DNA of 64,000 nt from Diplonema japonicum (lineage: Eukaryota; Protista; Euglenozoa: Diplonemea): contig OZ025753.1 in the NCBI GenBank assembly GCA_964019335.1, positions 225,205-289,204 of the forward strand. Reading direction: 5' to 3'. Below the pieces are notes generated by a model, which was not told the DNA's origin, ran no database searches, and saw nothing but the letters and a program-made list of their open reading frames with translations. Positions 33,237 to 43,946 of this stretch are shown here, in pieces; positions within the stretch are counted from its first letter, which is position 1; each line of letters starts with the position of its first letter. The position numbers and the translations under genes are program-made.

Positions 33237-34088
33237 ATGTCGGTCAGCCTATGTGTCAAGCTGCCCTCACAAGAGGCCATCGCCATCGAAGCAGGTGGGG
33301 GAGACAGAATCGAGGCGCTGAAGGCACGTATTGCTGAATTAAAAGGCTACGACGTTGGTAGCATTTCACTAACATTCGAAGAGGAGGAGCTGAAGGAAGG
33401 CAACAAGGTGTGCGACTACCCCTTCGAGGATCAGAGCGAGGTGGTGGTGGTCCTGGGCAGGAAACAAGCCGCCCTCTTGGCACTGGACACAATGAAGTGG
33501 ACAGCAAGAACAAGACGCTTAGCACAGGCAGAAATGAATCTGGTAGACGAGGAGCGGTTCGTGGCAGCGTTGGAGCTGATGCACGATGCCGACCTCCTTG
33601 ATGCAGAGGTGGACAAGCTGCTGTGGAATGCAGTGACTTGGCATAAGCTGAAGGTCGTTGAGGTTATCTTGTCCCGCGGCATGGTCGACACAGAGAAGGC
33701 GTTGTTTAGGAACCCCGTTCATGAAGCGGCAAGCATGGGGCTTGAGGATGCTCTTCGCATTCTGCTTCGGTACATGAAGACCGTCCCCTTAAATGCTGAA
33801 AGAGCGACTCCTCTTCATGTGGCAGCAAGTACAGGCAATAAGCGCATCACAGAGCTTCTGATCGATACTTGGCCAGCTCAAGTGAACATGGTTAACCGAC
33901 GCAATGAAACGGCTCTTCATTGTGCTGCGGGGCTCGGGCACAAACGCGTCGTTCGGGTCCTCTTGGACAGGGGCGCCGACCCGTCAGCGAAGGCGAAGGG
34001 TTCCACCCCCGCCTCCGTGGCGCGCAATAAGAACGGGAACTTCTGTCCTTCCTTCGCAAGGTTCATTGAATCGTACTCATCGCTGTGA
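33237..34088 (+). CDS. UBL + ankyrin-repeat protein
   Basis: UBL (DRIEALKARIAELKGYDVGSISLTFEEEEL..PFEDQSEVVVV) and ankyrin repeats (NPVHEAASMG, TPLHVAASTG, TALHCAAGLGHKRVVRVLLDRGAD). Confidence 0.9.
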   Translation: MSVSLCVKLPSQEAIAIEAGGGDRIEALKARIAELKGYDVGSISLTFEEEELKEGNKVCDYPFEDQSEVVVVLGRKQAALLALDTMKWTARTRRLAQAEMNLVDEERFVAALELMHDADLLDAEVDKLLWNAVTWHKLKVVEVILSRGMVDTEKALFRNPVHEAASMGLEDALRILLRYMKTVPLNAERATPLHVAASTGNKRITELLIDTWPAQVNMVNRRNETALHCAAGLGHKRVVRVLLDRGADPSAKAKGSTPASVARNKNGNFCPSFARFIESYSSL

Positions 34089-34470
34089 GCATGCTGGGGG
34101 GGGGGGGGGCGTTATTAGATTAGCTTTTCTTTTTCGAAGGTTTCTTCCACTTTTCTTTAGGGGTGGGGTTTCTTTGTTGGGAACAGAACAAAGAAAAAAC
34201 TACCCTCTTTTTTTTTAACAAAGTAATCGCAAAAGAAAAGAGTAGAGGCAGCTTGTCTGTTTATCCCTACTGTAGGTGAAGACGGCTTGCACAAATTATC
34301 CACTGACTCTTTTTAAATCCTGGTCCCCCTCCCCCCTCTTTCACTAACCATGGTCATGCCGGTTTCTCTTCGGTGACGTCTTTCTGTACTTTCTTTTGGA
34401 AAGCCCAAAGGACCCGAGTTCAGGGTCCAAATAGCCATTCCAGTTTGAGATACACAAGGGAAAGAAAACA

Positions 34471-36534
34471 ATGCATGATGAGGAAGAGGAGTTAAGAATG
34501 CCCGAAAAGGCGAAGAAGGATGTTATCAAGAAGGTAGTACTTCTGGGTATTGAAAAGACAGGGAAGACAACGCTCATCAAGCGTTACGTTCATGATATAT
34601 TCAGTGAGCGGTACAAGTCAACTATTGGTGTAGATTTCTCTCTGAAGCAACTTACTGTGGGCGACACATGTCTTCGTTTGCAACTGTGGGACGTAGGGTC
34701 GGATAGTATTGTGAGATCTGGATCGATGATGCGTATCTACCTTAAGGACACAGCAGCTGTTGTTATGGTGTATAACAGTGCAGATAAGGCATCGCTTGAC
34801 TCTCTTGAGGAAGTCTATTCGACATTGAGCGAACACTTAAAAGGAATACCTTTGTGTTACATTGGTACGCACAGCGATATGAGGGAGGAGGAAGAAGCGA
34901 AGCCTCACAGCGACGCAAGCAAGAAGAAAGTTGTCTCGGATGACGAAGTTCAATCCTGCGCGCTGCGAATCCGCCCCTCTGAACCAGTGCGCTCCTTCAT
35001 GGTGTCCAGCAAAACCGACGAAGGAGTAAAAGATGCGTTTTACAGTTTGGCCAAGTACCTGACCCTTCCTCATGTGCGCCTTATCTACGTTAAGAATTGC
35101 GACGAAGACATGATTCGAGGTCTCGCAGAAGGGGTTTGCAACATCACAATGACAAGTGTGTCTTCAGAGGATTCCCTTAGAGTTGCCATCGAAGCCGACG
35201 CATTAAGTTCACACCTCATTCTATTATACCAGGAAGCGCGTTTGTCGACAAGATGGTTGGCGACGATTATGAGGGGTGTCAGGAAATATGTCCTCCCTAA
35301 GGTCAACGTTCTTTTTCTCATGCTCAATTGCCCAGAATCTGAGACAGTACCTAGACAAGCGATTGACATATTTCTAGCTTCTCGTGAAGCCGCGCAACTC
35401 TCGTACTCCCAGGCGAGGTACAGCCAGCTCACCATTGATGAGCTGCGGGAGTTCTGCGCAGTAGATGGCGATGTAGCACCTTCAAAAGGCTTCATCGTGA
35501 CGCTTCGTTGTGATGATGATTTTAAGGAGTTGCCCCTGACTCTTCCCAGAAGAGATGTGTTAGTTGAAGCGTTGTGCATAGTTACAGCATCTAGTTTTTA
35601 CAATACGGAAAAGAAGGTGTTCCTCACCATTGGCAAGGCGTATACCGCAACGGGCACCATCAGAGCAGAGAAGACCATCTCTTTCTCCTCCTCGTTCATC
35701 CCAGCGAGGAAGAACTGCGTTGAAATATGGCACGAGGGCAAGGTGGTCCCTGCTGTAGTAACACCACACGGAGTACCCAACATCCAGTATCACGTTTTTA
35801 GTCTCCCCGGAACTGGAGCTTTTGAAGCACATTGGTGGGGATCACCGCTCATAGCACCTGTCGGGACTCATGTAAACACACCCTTTGAAATAGAATGGAC
35901 TGCTGATAAACATGGGCTAAGTACATGGGAGTCGGTACTCACCACGAATGAGGAGCACGCTCTGCCGGCACGAAGCTTCCCTCCTTGGGGGGCCTCTTCT
36001 ATTGGCGTCATGGGGGTGGTGCATCCTTTGACAGCATCGAGCGCTTCGTATCTAATTGTAACCGGTTATGAAAAAAGTGGGAAGAAGTCGGTGTCGAGAT
36101 GGCTTTCTAATTCTTTCGAGCTGAGCAGAGAGGAGGACTGTTACGTGGGCTCCTTCGGGCACGAAGGTGCTACGAAGAGAGTTTACTGCTGTGACCTCGA
36201 TTCGAAGGCTTTGGAGGTACACAACAGGCCAGCTGGTATTATTTTCGTCATGAATCGCAAACATCTTAATCAAGGAGGAGACGTGGTCTCCTTAGAGCTT
36301 CTCCGTCGCTTCGAGGCGTTGTCCGCCACCTCCGCCCTTGTCCCCATCCTCGTCTACCTGAATAAGGAGGATGACGACAAAGATGAGGGCACAGGCCTGA
36401 TCGAGGACCTTTTGGAGAAGCTGAAGAAGGGGTTCAAGTCCGATGTGGTACACCTGCAGGCATCGTCTGCAACCTGTGGGAAAGGTATCGTAGAAGGGCT
36501 ACGTTTGTTTGTACAGATGATTTTGGAACAATAG
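34471..36534 (+). CDS. Multidomain small-GTPase fusion: Rab32/38-like + TIR-like + Arf-like
   Basis: N-terminal GIEKTGKTTLIKRYVHDIFSERYKSTIGVDFSLK..RLQLWD (Rab32/38-like). C-terminal GYEKSGKK..GIIFVMN..PILVYLNKED..LQASSATCGKGIVEGL (Arf-like). Central alpha/beta segment resembles a TIR domain. Confidence 0.8.
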   Translation: MHDEEEELRMPEKAKKDVIKKVVLLGIEKTGKTTLIKRYVHDIFSERYKSTIGVDFSLKQLTVGDTCLRLQLWDVGSDSIVRSGSMMRIYLKDTAAVVMVYNSADKASLDSLEEVYSTLSEHLKGIPLCYIGTHSDMREEEEAKPHSDASKKKVVSDDEVQSCALRIRPSEPVRSFMVSSKTDEGVKDAFYSLAKYLTLPHVRLIYVKNCDEDMIRGLAEGVCNITMTSVSSEDSLRVAIEADALSSHLILLYQEARLSTRWLATIMRGVRKYVLPKVNVLFLMLNCPESETVPRQAIDIFLASREAAQLSYSQARYSQLTIDELREFCAVDGDVAPSKGFIVTLRCDDDFKELPLTLPRRDVLVEALCIVTASSFYNTEKKVFLTIGKAYTATGTIRAEKTISFSSSFIPARKNCVEIWHEGKVVPAVVTPHGVPNIQYHVFSLPGTGAFEAHWWGSPLIAPVGTHVNTPFEIEWTADKHGLSTWESVLTTNEEHALPARSFPPWGASSIGVMGVVHPLTASSASYLIVTGYEKSGKKSVSRWLSNSFELSREEDCYVGSFGHEGATKRVYCCDLDSKALEVHNRPAGIIFVMNRKHLNQGGDVVSLELLRRFEALSATSALVPILVYLNKEDDDKDEGTGLIEDLLEKLKKGFKSDVVHLQASSATCGKGIVEGLRLFVQMILEQ

Positions 36535-36702
36535 TCGCCAACCGAGTTTTTTTTTAAATCCTGACGGCAGACTGTTGATGCAGAAGGGTTGCCCGTTGAC
36601 GGCCTATAACCGATATACGTCCTTTTTTTGAGTACTTGTTTCTTCTTTTGCTGCAGCTTTGTCTCAATAACATCACAACAGTTTAGCGGTTTTCTATTTC
36701 AA

Positions 36703-38202
36703 ATGGCTTCATTACAGAATCTGCTGGTGTGCGTCCTCTGTGCTTGCGCAGACAGTCTGACCCTGCACAAGGTTATCGCAGTGTCCAGGCACAGCGTGCG
36801 TGTGGGGGAAGGCGGCCAGCCAGGGATGTCGCGAGACGGCAGGAACTGGTTCACGGACTACGAGAAAGACTGGGGAGCGCAAGGGCCGGGGAACCTCACA
36901 GTTCACGGGAAGGCTGCAGCGAAGGAACGGGGCAAGTGGTGGAGACAGCTGTATGTTGAAACGGGCATCGTTCAAGACGCCAGGAACATCACGGTGTACG
37001 CAGACGGCAGCGACCCAACAAACAGGGAGAAGGTCACCGGCGAAGGCTTCCTGTCGGGTTTCCTCCCTGCGAGCGAAGTGCACATGCACCTTGAACCTGT
37101 CTTCTCGAAAAACATGTTTGGCCATGGCGCAACGAGGAATGCATCTGATTACCGTTGCGGTGTTCCCGGCAAGGCTACTGTGGATGGACTCATAGGTGGA
37201 AGCATGTCAAGGATACACACCATCATCGATCCTGCGATGGAGAAGGCGACAGCACAGTACGATTGCTGCAGCGACACAATCTGCGAGCAGTACGGCGGGA
37301 CGGACACACCGTGCACCTTTACGAACATCCCTGAGGTGTGGAACTCGGGAATGGGGTTCTATGTAGGGTCGTGGGTGACCGGTCTTATGGCTACCGACTA
37401 CGTTTCGATGATGTACGTGAACAACATGTCGTGGGACCAGGTGGCGCAGAACACGGGCAGCTTCGTGGACTGGATGCAAGAGGTGGAACGTCCCATTAGT
37501 AACGTGTTTCACACCTATGTTTCGTCGGATCAGTATTGCCGTGCATATGGCAGCCAGTTCTTACGGCACATTGGTGACACAATGCTGCAGATCACATACG
37601 GGGAGGAGACCTACGGACTTGACTCAAAGGCCGCGGACAGCATGGTGCTGTACTTCGCACACGGGGAGAACATTGGTTACCTTACGCGACTGCTGCAGTT
37701 TCAGTGGGTGTTTGAGATGTGGGGTGCAATGAACGTTCCTCCTGTGTGCATGCTCGTCTTTGAGATATTGAAGGAGGGAGAGATGTTCTACGTAAAAGCG
37801 TATGTTGAGACGCAGCAACCAGAGCAGATACGGAACCTGGAGGAGCTGTCCCCTGAGTCCCCTCCTGACAGGGTATTCGTTTCGATCCCCGACTGTTCGC
37901 ATGGCCCTGAGGCTTCCTGCCCTGTGAAGGACTTTGTGAGCATTATCTACGATGCGATCCTCAGCACGTGCACCATGCCCTACAAGGAGGGCGACGAGCC
38001 CACCCCAGCTCCTACCAGCGCACCAACTCCTGTTCCTTCGGAGACATCTGAGTGTTCCAGCAAGACAGGGCTTATTGTAGCCGTTGCAGTTTTGGCTTTC
38101 CTTGTCTGTTGCTTGCTCACTGCCATGTTTTACTACTACAAGAGATTTGCATCTGGAAGCGTGGATAAGGCTGAATATATCGAAAGTGTCGCTGTCAACT
38201 AG
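36703..38202 (+). CDS. Type I membrane histidine acid phosphatase (clade 2, phytase/AppA/Agp-like)
   Basis: Signal peptide, RHSVR nucleophile motif, GNLTVHG, LYFAHGENI, PPVCMLVFE, PT linker and a C-terminal TM helix. Confidence 0.85.
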   Translation: MASLQNLLVCVLCACADSLTLHKVIAVSRHSVRVGEGGQPGMSRDGRNWFTDYEKDWGAQGPGNLTVHGKAAAKERGKWWRQLYVETGIVQDARNITVYADGSDPTNREKVTGEGFLSGFLPASEVHMHLEPVFSKNMFGHGATRNASDYRCGVPGKATVDGLIGGSMSRIHTIIDPAMEKATAQYDCCSDTICEQYGGTDTPCTFTNIPEVWNSGMGFYVGSWVTGLMATDYVSMMYVNNMSWDQVAQNTGSFVDWMQEVERPISNVFHTYVSSDQYCRAYGSQFLRHIGDTMLQITYGEETYGLDSKAADSMVLYFAHGENIGYLTRLLQFQWVFEMWGAMNVPPVCMLVFEILKEGEMFYVKAYVETQQPEQIRNLEELSPESPPDRVFVSIPDCSHGPEASCPVKDFVSIIYDAILSTCTMPYKEGDEPTPAPTSAPTPVPSETSECSSKTGLIVAVAVLAFLVCCLLTAMFYYYKRFASGSVDKAEYIESVAVN

Positions 38203-38780
38203 AGGGTTTTGTTTCGGTTTCTTCTTCTTTTTTTTTTTTTTGGATGCGAGGACAGGCTTTGGCATATGAGCTCTTCTGCAGCAAGATCTTTCAGAAGTCT
38301 TGTCTTTTCTATTTTCTTTGAATGACATTTGAGGAAGGCGCATCTGCAACCATTCGAACACTTTTTTGTTGCTTCTCTCCTTTTTTCTTTGGCGGGCCGT
38401 TGCTAACCACTTCGTTCCTATCATAGTGAATTCTTTTCCATTCCCTAGCTTTCCTTTTTTTTGTTGTTAAGAAACGAGTGATACGTCGTCCCCAGCAAAG
38501 ACCTTCGATTGTTGGTTCAACATTACTCTTCTCCTTTCAATCTTTGTAACCTTTTCTTTTTTACTTCTTTTTTCTTTTTTTGCTTCTTGTTCTCTGTTTG
38601 TCTTTTCCCTGAAATGTGTCTTTTCTGTTATGAGATATGTGGTGTTGTTGTGTGTCATTAGACAAATCTCCGTCGCAGTGACGGAAATGCAAAAAGAAAC
38701 AGAAATAGAGATTCTCAATATCCGTTTATTTTGTTATTTCTTTTTATGTCAGGCAAACAAATTCGCAGGAGTATACGAAG

Positions 38781-40235
38781 ATGAGCATAACGGTTTTTCT
38801 GCGTACGCCGCATGGGGTGCATGATGTAGACGTGAAGGGCTCGGAGACGGTGGGGTGCTTGTACACGAAGGCCTCGCATGCAGCTGATCTAGCAGAAGGA
38901 AGGTTCAAGCTGATCTGGAATGGAGGGGTCCTGGATAGGGGCATGCATGAACAGATACAAGGAAGTGGCATGGCAGAAGGGAGTGAGGTTTTAGTGGAGG
39001 CGGACACGTCCGTGAGACAGGGAGAGCTGACAGCCAGACGCAGTGAGCTCGAGGATAGTGTTAAAGCTGACCCCGAGATGGTTCTTGTGGTGGATGTGTC
39101 AGGAGGCGGGGAAGTGTGTAACTTACACAATTCTGAGCTTCCTGCAGGGATTCGGCACCTTGTCCTCATCGACCCCGAGAAGCGTGTAACGACGTTAGGC
39201 TCTAATTTTCTCAGCGGACATCCCTCTCTGGTGTCTGTTGATTTAAGAGACCTATGCAATGTTGTCACTATCTGTAACAGTTTTCTTTACGGGTGCAGAG
39301 CACTCGTTTCCGTCGAGTTAAGCGGGTTGAACATTGAATCTATTGGAAGTGACGTTCTTTACTGTTGCACCTCACTTAAGTCCGTCGACCTGAGTACCTG
39401 TACGAGGGTGAAGTCCATCGGCAATAGCTTTCTGTTTAGTGCTCGTTCCCTCACGTGCGTTGATATGAGCAGTTTATGCAGCGTTGAGACTATTGGGAGT
39501 GGTTTTCTTGTGTCATGCTCGTCCCTAACCTTTCTTGACCTGAGCTGTATGCGCAGTCTACGGTCCATCCATGGTGGCTTCTTGTCACACTGTACTTCTC
39601 TTTCTGCTGTTGATTTAAGCGGTTTTGACAATCTCAACTCCGTCGGCTCCGGCTTCCTGGTACACACTTCCCTTGAATCCGCGGATTTGAGTAGCCTGAG
39701 AAATGTTGTATCAGCTGGTGACTATTTCCTCGCAGGTTGCGCTTCTTTGACTTCTGTTAATTTGAGCGGCTTAAATAAAATGAGAACCATTGGTTCCCAT
39801 TTTCTTGCGGGGGACACCTCCCTCGTAGAGGTGGATTTAGGTGGCATGGAGAGCATCACGACTGTTGGGGACGACTTTCTTTCTGACACTGCCTTGGCTG
39901 CTGTCGATTTGACCCCGTTGTCGAACATTCACTTGAGCAAGCCGCGCTGCTTGAGCAAAGGCCTCATGATTGAGAATATGCTGCCCAATGGTTTTCTGAA
40001 AGGTTGTCGCTCGTTAGCTGTGCTTGACTTCCACCCCTTAGGTATTGAGCGTCTTGACCCAGATACTGACCTCGTGGGGTGCATTTCGTTGGCCACTATC
40101 AGACTCGCAGGAACAGCAAGCTTTCAGACACGAGAACAGGCAGCTGCCACACCACAAGCTGTTTGTGTGAAGAACGAGGGGAAGAAAAGAAAGCGCGGAG
40201 AGTCAATGTTCATTGGTTTCGCGGGGGCCGCTTAG
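38781..40235 (+). CDS. UBL + leucine-rich repeat (BspA/LRR_5-like) protein
   Basis: UBL (MSITVFLRTPHGVHDVDVKGSETVGCL..FKLIWNGGVL), then about 10 repeats of LxSVDLSxLxxVxSIGxxFLxxCxS. Confidence 0.88.
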   Translation: MSITVFLRTPHGVHDVDVKGSETVGCLYTKASHAADLAEGRFKLIWNGGVLDRGMHEQIQGSGMAEGSEVLVEADTSVRQGELTARRSELEDSVKADPEMVLVVDVSGGGEVCNLHNSELPAGIRHLVLIDPEKRVTTLGSNFLSGHPSLVSVDLRDLCNVVTICNSFLYGCRALVSVELSGLNIESIGSDVLYCCTSLKSVDLSTCTRVKSIGNSFLFSARSLTCVDMSSLCSVETIGSGFLVSCSSLTFLDLSCMRSLRSIHGGFLSHCTSLSAVDLSGFDNLNSVGSGFLVHTSLESADLSSLRNVVSAGDYFLAGCASLTSVNLSGLNKMRTIGSHFLAGDTSLVEVDLGGMESITTVGDDFLSDTALAAVDLTPLSNIHLSKPRCLSKGLMIENMLPNGFLKGCRSLAVLDFHPLGIERLDPDTDLVGCISLATIRLAGTASFQTREQAAATPQAVCVKNEGKKRKRGESMFIGFAGAA

Positions 40236-40599
40236 GACGGGGTTAATTCTCAACGATAGTTGCACGGAAGGTTTCCGAAAGCTGAGAGACTGTGGTTCCC
40301 CCTCGCACGCTTCTTTTCTTCCATGTACTTAGGGAATATGCTTTGTACTTTTATTTTCTTAGGATGCTCCATTTTAACGAATACTTTTTATGAAACAGTG
40401 AGCAATGCACACTGAAATTGTCGGGTTTCTAATTCATTATTTTTTAAATTCAAATCTTTTTATTTAAGTATTTATTTTGGTTTTATCGACTTTCTAGCGT
40501 TATCTTTCCACAGGAAACAAGAAAAAGAAAAAAGAAAACACGGCAGAGCAAAGTGTGCAGAGATATACTTCAGGAGTTACGTGTCTCAGTCGGACGTGC

Positions 40600-41130
40600 T
40601 GCAACTATGCGGGGGTAGACTCGCTTCGCTATCTTATTTTGAATTGCACCGAATTTAGGCTATTGGCACGCGGGGCAACCGACAAGGCATGGCCTCCCGA
40701 CACGCACGGCTTACAACATGACCAGCGGTTCAGTAGTGTGAAGGGTGATGGTGTAACCGATAGACAGATGGTGTAACGGAAACCAAACATCATGATATTC
40801 GATGTCAGTGATGCGTCGTCGCCGAAGCTGCTGGGCAGCAGTGCTGATTGCATTGGGTGCAACACGACAGCTCAGTACGTAACTGTGGTGGGCACAACGG
40901 CTTACGTGGTTCCTGTTGACAATCCCTCTGGCCCCCATGCCCACACAGTGTTCGCGATTGTTGATGTAAGCACGTCAGAATGATCTTCCTCAGACAGTGC
41001 AGAGGAGCACAACATATACGCTTTTGAATCTTATCTCTGTGTGGTCTCTGGTAGGATCGTCAACATCATCGACATCTCACGTTCGTCCCCAAAGCAGATG
41101 GGTACCTTGACCCTCTTCTTTGACTCTTCT
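40600..41130 (+). pseudogene. LVIVD-repeat protein relic
   Basis: Fragments IFDVSDASSPKLLGS, YVTVVGTTAYV, FAIVDVST and NIIDISRSSPKQMGTL, separated by stops. Confidence 0.5.
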
Positions 41131-41531
41131 TTGCAGTTCTTTTCAAAGTTTGTATACTTGTTCCAGCAAAAAGGAAAAAGAAATTGGGTTGAAGGGGTGA
41201 AACGTCCTTACTCGTCGAGAGCTCTACTAGGACTCCTTCAGTCTGCAGTTCCTCCCTTTTCATCAAGCAACTGAATATTATGGCTTTCGCTAAGCCCATT
41301 GTAAAGCCTCATGATTCTCAGGGTGCTCAAAAGGCGAACAAACCCGCTCCCCCCCAAAGGTGACAAGTTTCAAGTATTTCTATCTACAGCGGTGTTGTTC
41401 ATTCTTTTACTTTGAGGCGTCCTGCCACATACCGCAGGTACCCTTAAATGTCTCTTTTTTTTTCTTCTTTTTTTTTGAGTTTCTTTTTTGCTTTCTTGCA
41501 AATCATTTCCTCACAGTATTGCTTTAACAAC

Positions 41532-42700
41532 ATGATGCGCAACATGGGGATGAGGCTGCTGCTGTTTACGGTACTTGGTGCTGCAGGTTTCAACGGTTGT
41601 ACTCAATGGGGTGTGAAGCTGGAATGCAGGGCAGACCCCGACTGCTGTTCCGCCTTCCTGTCCTGGTGATGGGTGCTTGAATATGAACTGCTTGGAGGTT
41701 CCCCCTTCTACTGTCTTTTGGCCGGTGGCCAGATTACCTGTATTGCACAGTCAAACAATGCCATGGTTGGCCACTGTGCCCTCACGATTCCAATTACGTT
41801 CCAATTATCGCAGCTCCTTGCGCAAGGTGGGGTGTGAAGCTGGAATGCAGGGCTGACCCCGACAGCACTTGGGGGCCTGTTCCACTTTCTTGTCCTGGTG
41901 ATGGGTGCTTGAATATGAACTGTTTGGAGGTTCCCCCTTCTGAAGCTGCAGCAGGGATGTCTTGCGCCAACTGCCTCTTGGCCGGTGGCCAGATTACCTG
42001 TATTGCACAGTCAAACAATGCCATGGTTGGCCGCTGTGTCCCCACAGTTCCTCCACACTGGGGTATTGGGTGCTATACCGATATGATCGAAACGAGGCAA
42101 CTGCCTCACCTTGCATACAGGAGTCAGGATAACACTGTGGACTCGTGCCTGATCAAGTGCCACACGAAAAACTACGACTTTGCAGGGGTTCAGTATGGAG
42201 AGGAGTGCTGGTGCGGAAACTCAATGTCGGGATCCGTGAGGCAGGCTGCTGTGGACTGCGAGAAGATGGAGTGTTCTGGGATGCTTCAGTGAAGTGCGGC
42301 GCAGGTTATAAGATGAAGGTGTACCAGTACACAATGCCGACGCCTCCGCACCCTCCGGTCTTGGAGGGGTGCTTCAAGGACAACGCGGCGAGGAAGCTCC
42401 CTGTACTTGCTTACGTTGGCGATGTTACGAATGAGGAGTGCGCGACTACCTGCCAGTCACGAGGGTACACGTACGCAGGGACCCAAGATGGAGATCAGTG
42501 CTGGTGCGGGAATGACCTGAGCACTTCCGTGAGGACAACCATGTCGAAGTGCGACGAACCGTGCGCTGGGGACGGGGGACGGTCCTGTGGTGGGCCCTGG
42601 AGGAATCAGGTCTATTCGCTAGCCCCGTTGCCTTCGAAGGATTCCTTTCAGTACGCAGCCTGCTGTCCCCACCCCACTAGATCCCCACTCCCCTTTAGAA
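41532..42700 (+). pseudogene. Secreted WSC-domain protein, disrupted and internally duplicated
   Basis: Signal-like N-terminus, a duplicated Cys-rich block (41609-41780 vs 41828-42040), and two WSC domains (GCYTD..AGVQYGEECWCGN; GCFKD..AGTQDGDQCWCGN). A 1-nt frameshift near 42280. Confidence 0.75.
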
Positions 42701-42901
42701 GAAAATCTACAAATAGTGGAGACCACCACGTCGGACATGCCGCGGAGTTCGCGGAAATGACACGCCGTTGACCCTCCTCGGTAGAGACTTCCGGCAGATC
42801 CTCCCTGTGCAAGAGACGCGCCTTGGGTCCACAGAGGCAACGCTCCATGCATCCGAGCTGTGGCAAAACTGCACCAAGATCGCCCTCACACAGTACATGC
42901 G

Positions 42902-43255
42902 GATTCTTCATCGACAACCACGTCTATCGTCATCTCCATGTCGGCGGCAGAGCTCATTACCGTTGAGGACGCAGCGTATCTTGTGATGGGTGCGAATATC
43001 GGGACCTCCGTCACCAACACCATTGTGTCAATCGCTCACTTGAACAGTCCCGCCGAATACAGGTGGGCTTTCACCGGTGCCGTCTTCCACGACATGTTCA
43101 ACTGGCTCACCGTAGGGATGTTCCTCCCTCTCGAGGTTGCATCTGGTTTCCTCAAGGAACTTGCTGGCCAGGCAGTTGACTCAATGAACCTGAGCAGCGA
43201 CAAACGCGACAAGGTGGAGTTCATCAAGACAATCACGAAGCCTGCTGGCGGCCGC
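42902..43255 (+). pseudogene. Fragment of an SLC34/NptA-type Na+/phosphate cotransporter
   Basis: SSSTTTSIVISM..MGANIGTSVTNTIVS..AFTGAVFHDMFNWLTV..LPLEVASG is the SLC34 signature region. No start or end of the gene is nearby. Confidence 0.78.
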
Positions 43256-43364
43256 GTGGTCTATGCTTTTTCGCATGGACATTGGTCACTCTGCCCCCTT
43301 CCCCTTTTTGCTTTCCCCTCTTTCCTCCTCCCAAATATCTCCCCCCTCCCCACTCTTTCCTCCC

Positions 43365-43530
43365 TAGTTTGTTTTTGAATTTGCCTCTTCTTCTCCTCCC
43401 CTTTCCTTTTAAGAAAGAAGAAAAAAAGAAGAGACCCACTCCTTCCTCGGGTTCAATTTATCATCGGTGGACTTGTTTCTTTTTCCTTTTAAAGGTTTCT
43501 ATCATATCAGTGGACTTTGCCTTCCTCTCG
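43365..43530. repeat. Dispersed repeat family D
   Basis: GTTTTTGAATTTGCCTC...CTCGGGTTCAA recurs at ~50025-50135 and ~59893-60045. Confidence 0.65.
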
Positions 43531-43734
43531 GGTGGACTTGTTTTACTTTTATTGTATGTTGGGTGCCTTGCTTATTCTGAGGATTTTCGACAGTGGACTT
43601 TGTTTTCCTCCTGTGGTGTTCCTTTTGAAAAAAAAAAAAAAAAAAAAACATTCTCAAAGTCCCCATACATACCTCTCTTGTTTATCAGAATATCACCTTT
43701 TTACGGCGGACGCCAAGAAAAAAAGCCAAGGAGA

Positions 43735-43946
43735 AGGAGTTTAGGGAGTTAATGAAAGACCTACGGCCCCAAAGAAGGCGGTGAAAACAGCCATGGTGGG
43801 CCAGCCCTGGCAGACAGGGAGCCTGAACACCAAAAACACCGCGGAGCCAAATTTGCATCCGGAATTTTCGGTTTTCAAACTACAAAAACCCCCTGTAGGC
43901 ATCTGCGTCCTTCCAGCCCCATTTTGGCACCCCTTTTGGGTGCGGA
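43735..43946. repeat. Dispersed repeat family B, copy 1
   Basis: Near-identical to 49048-49249. Confidence 0.85.
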
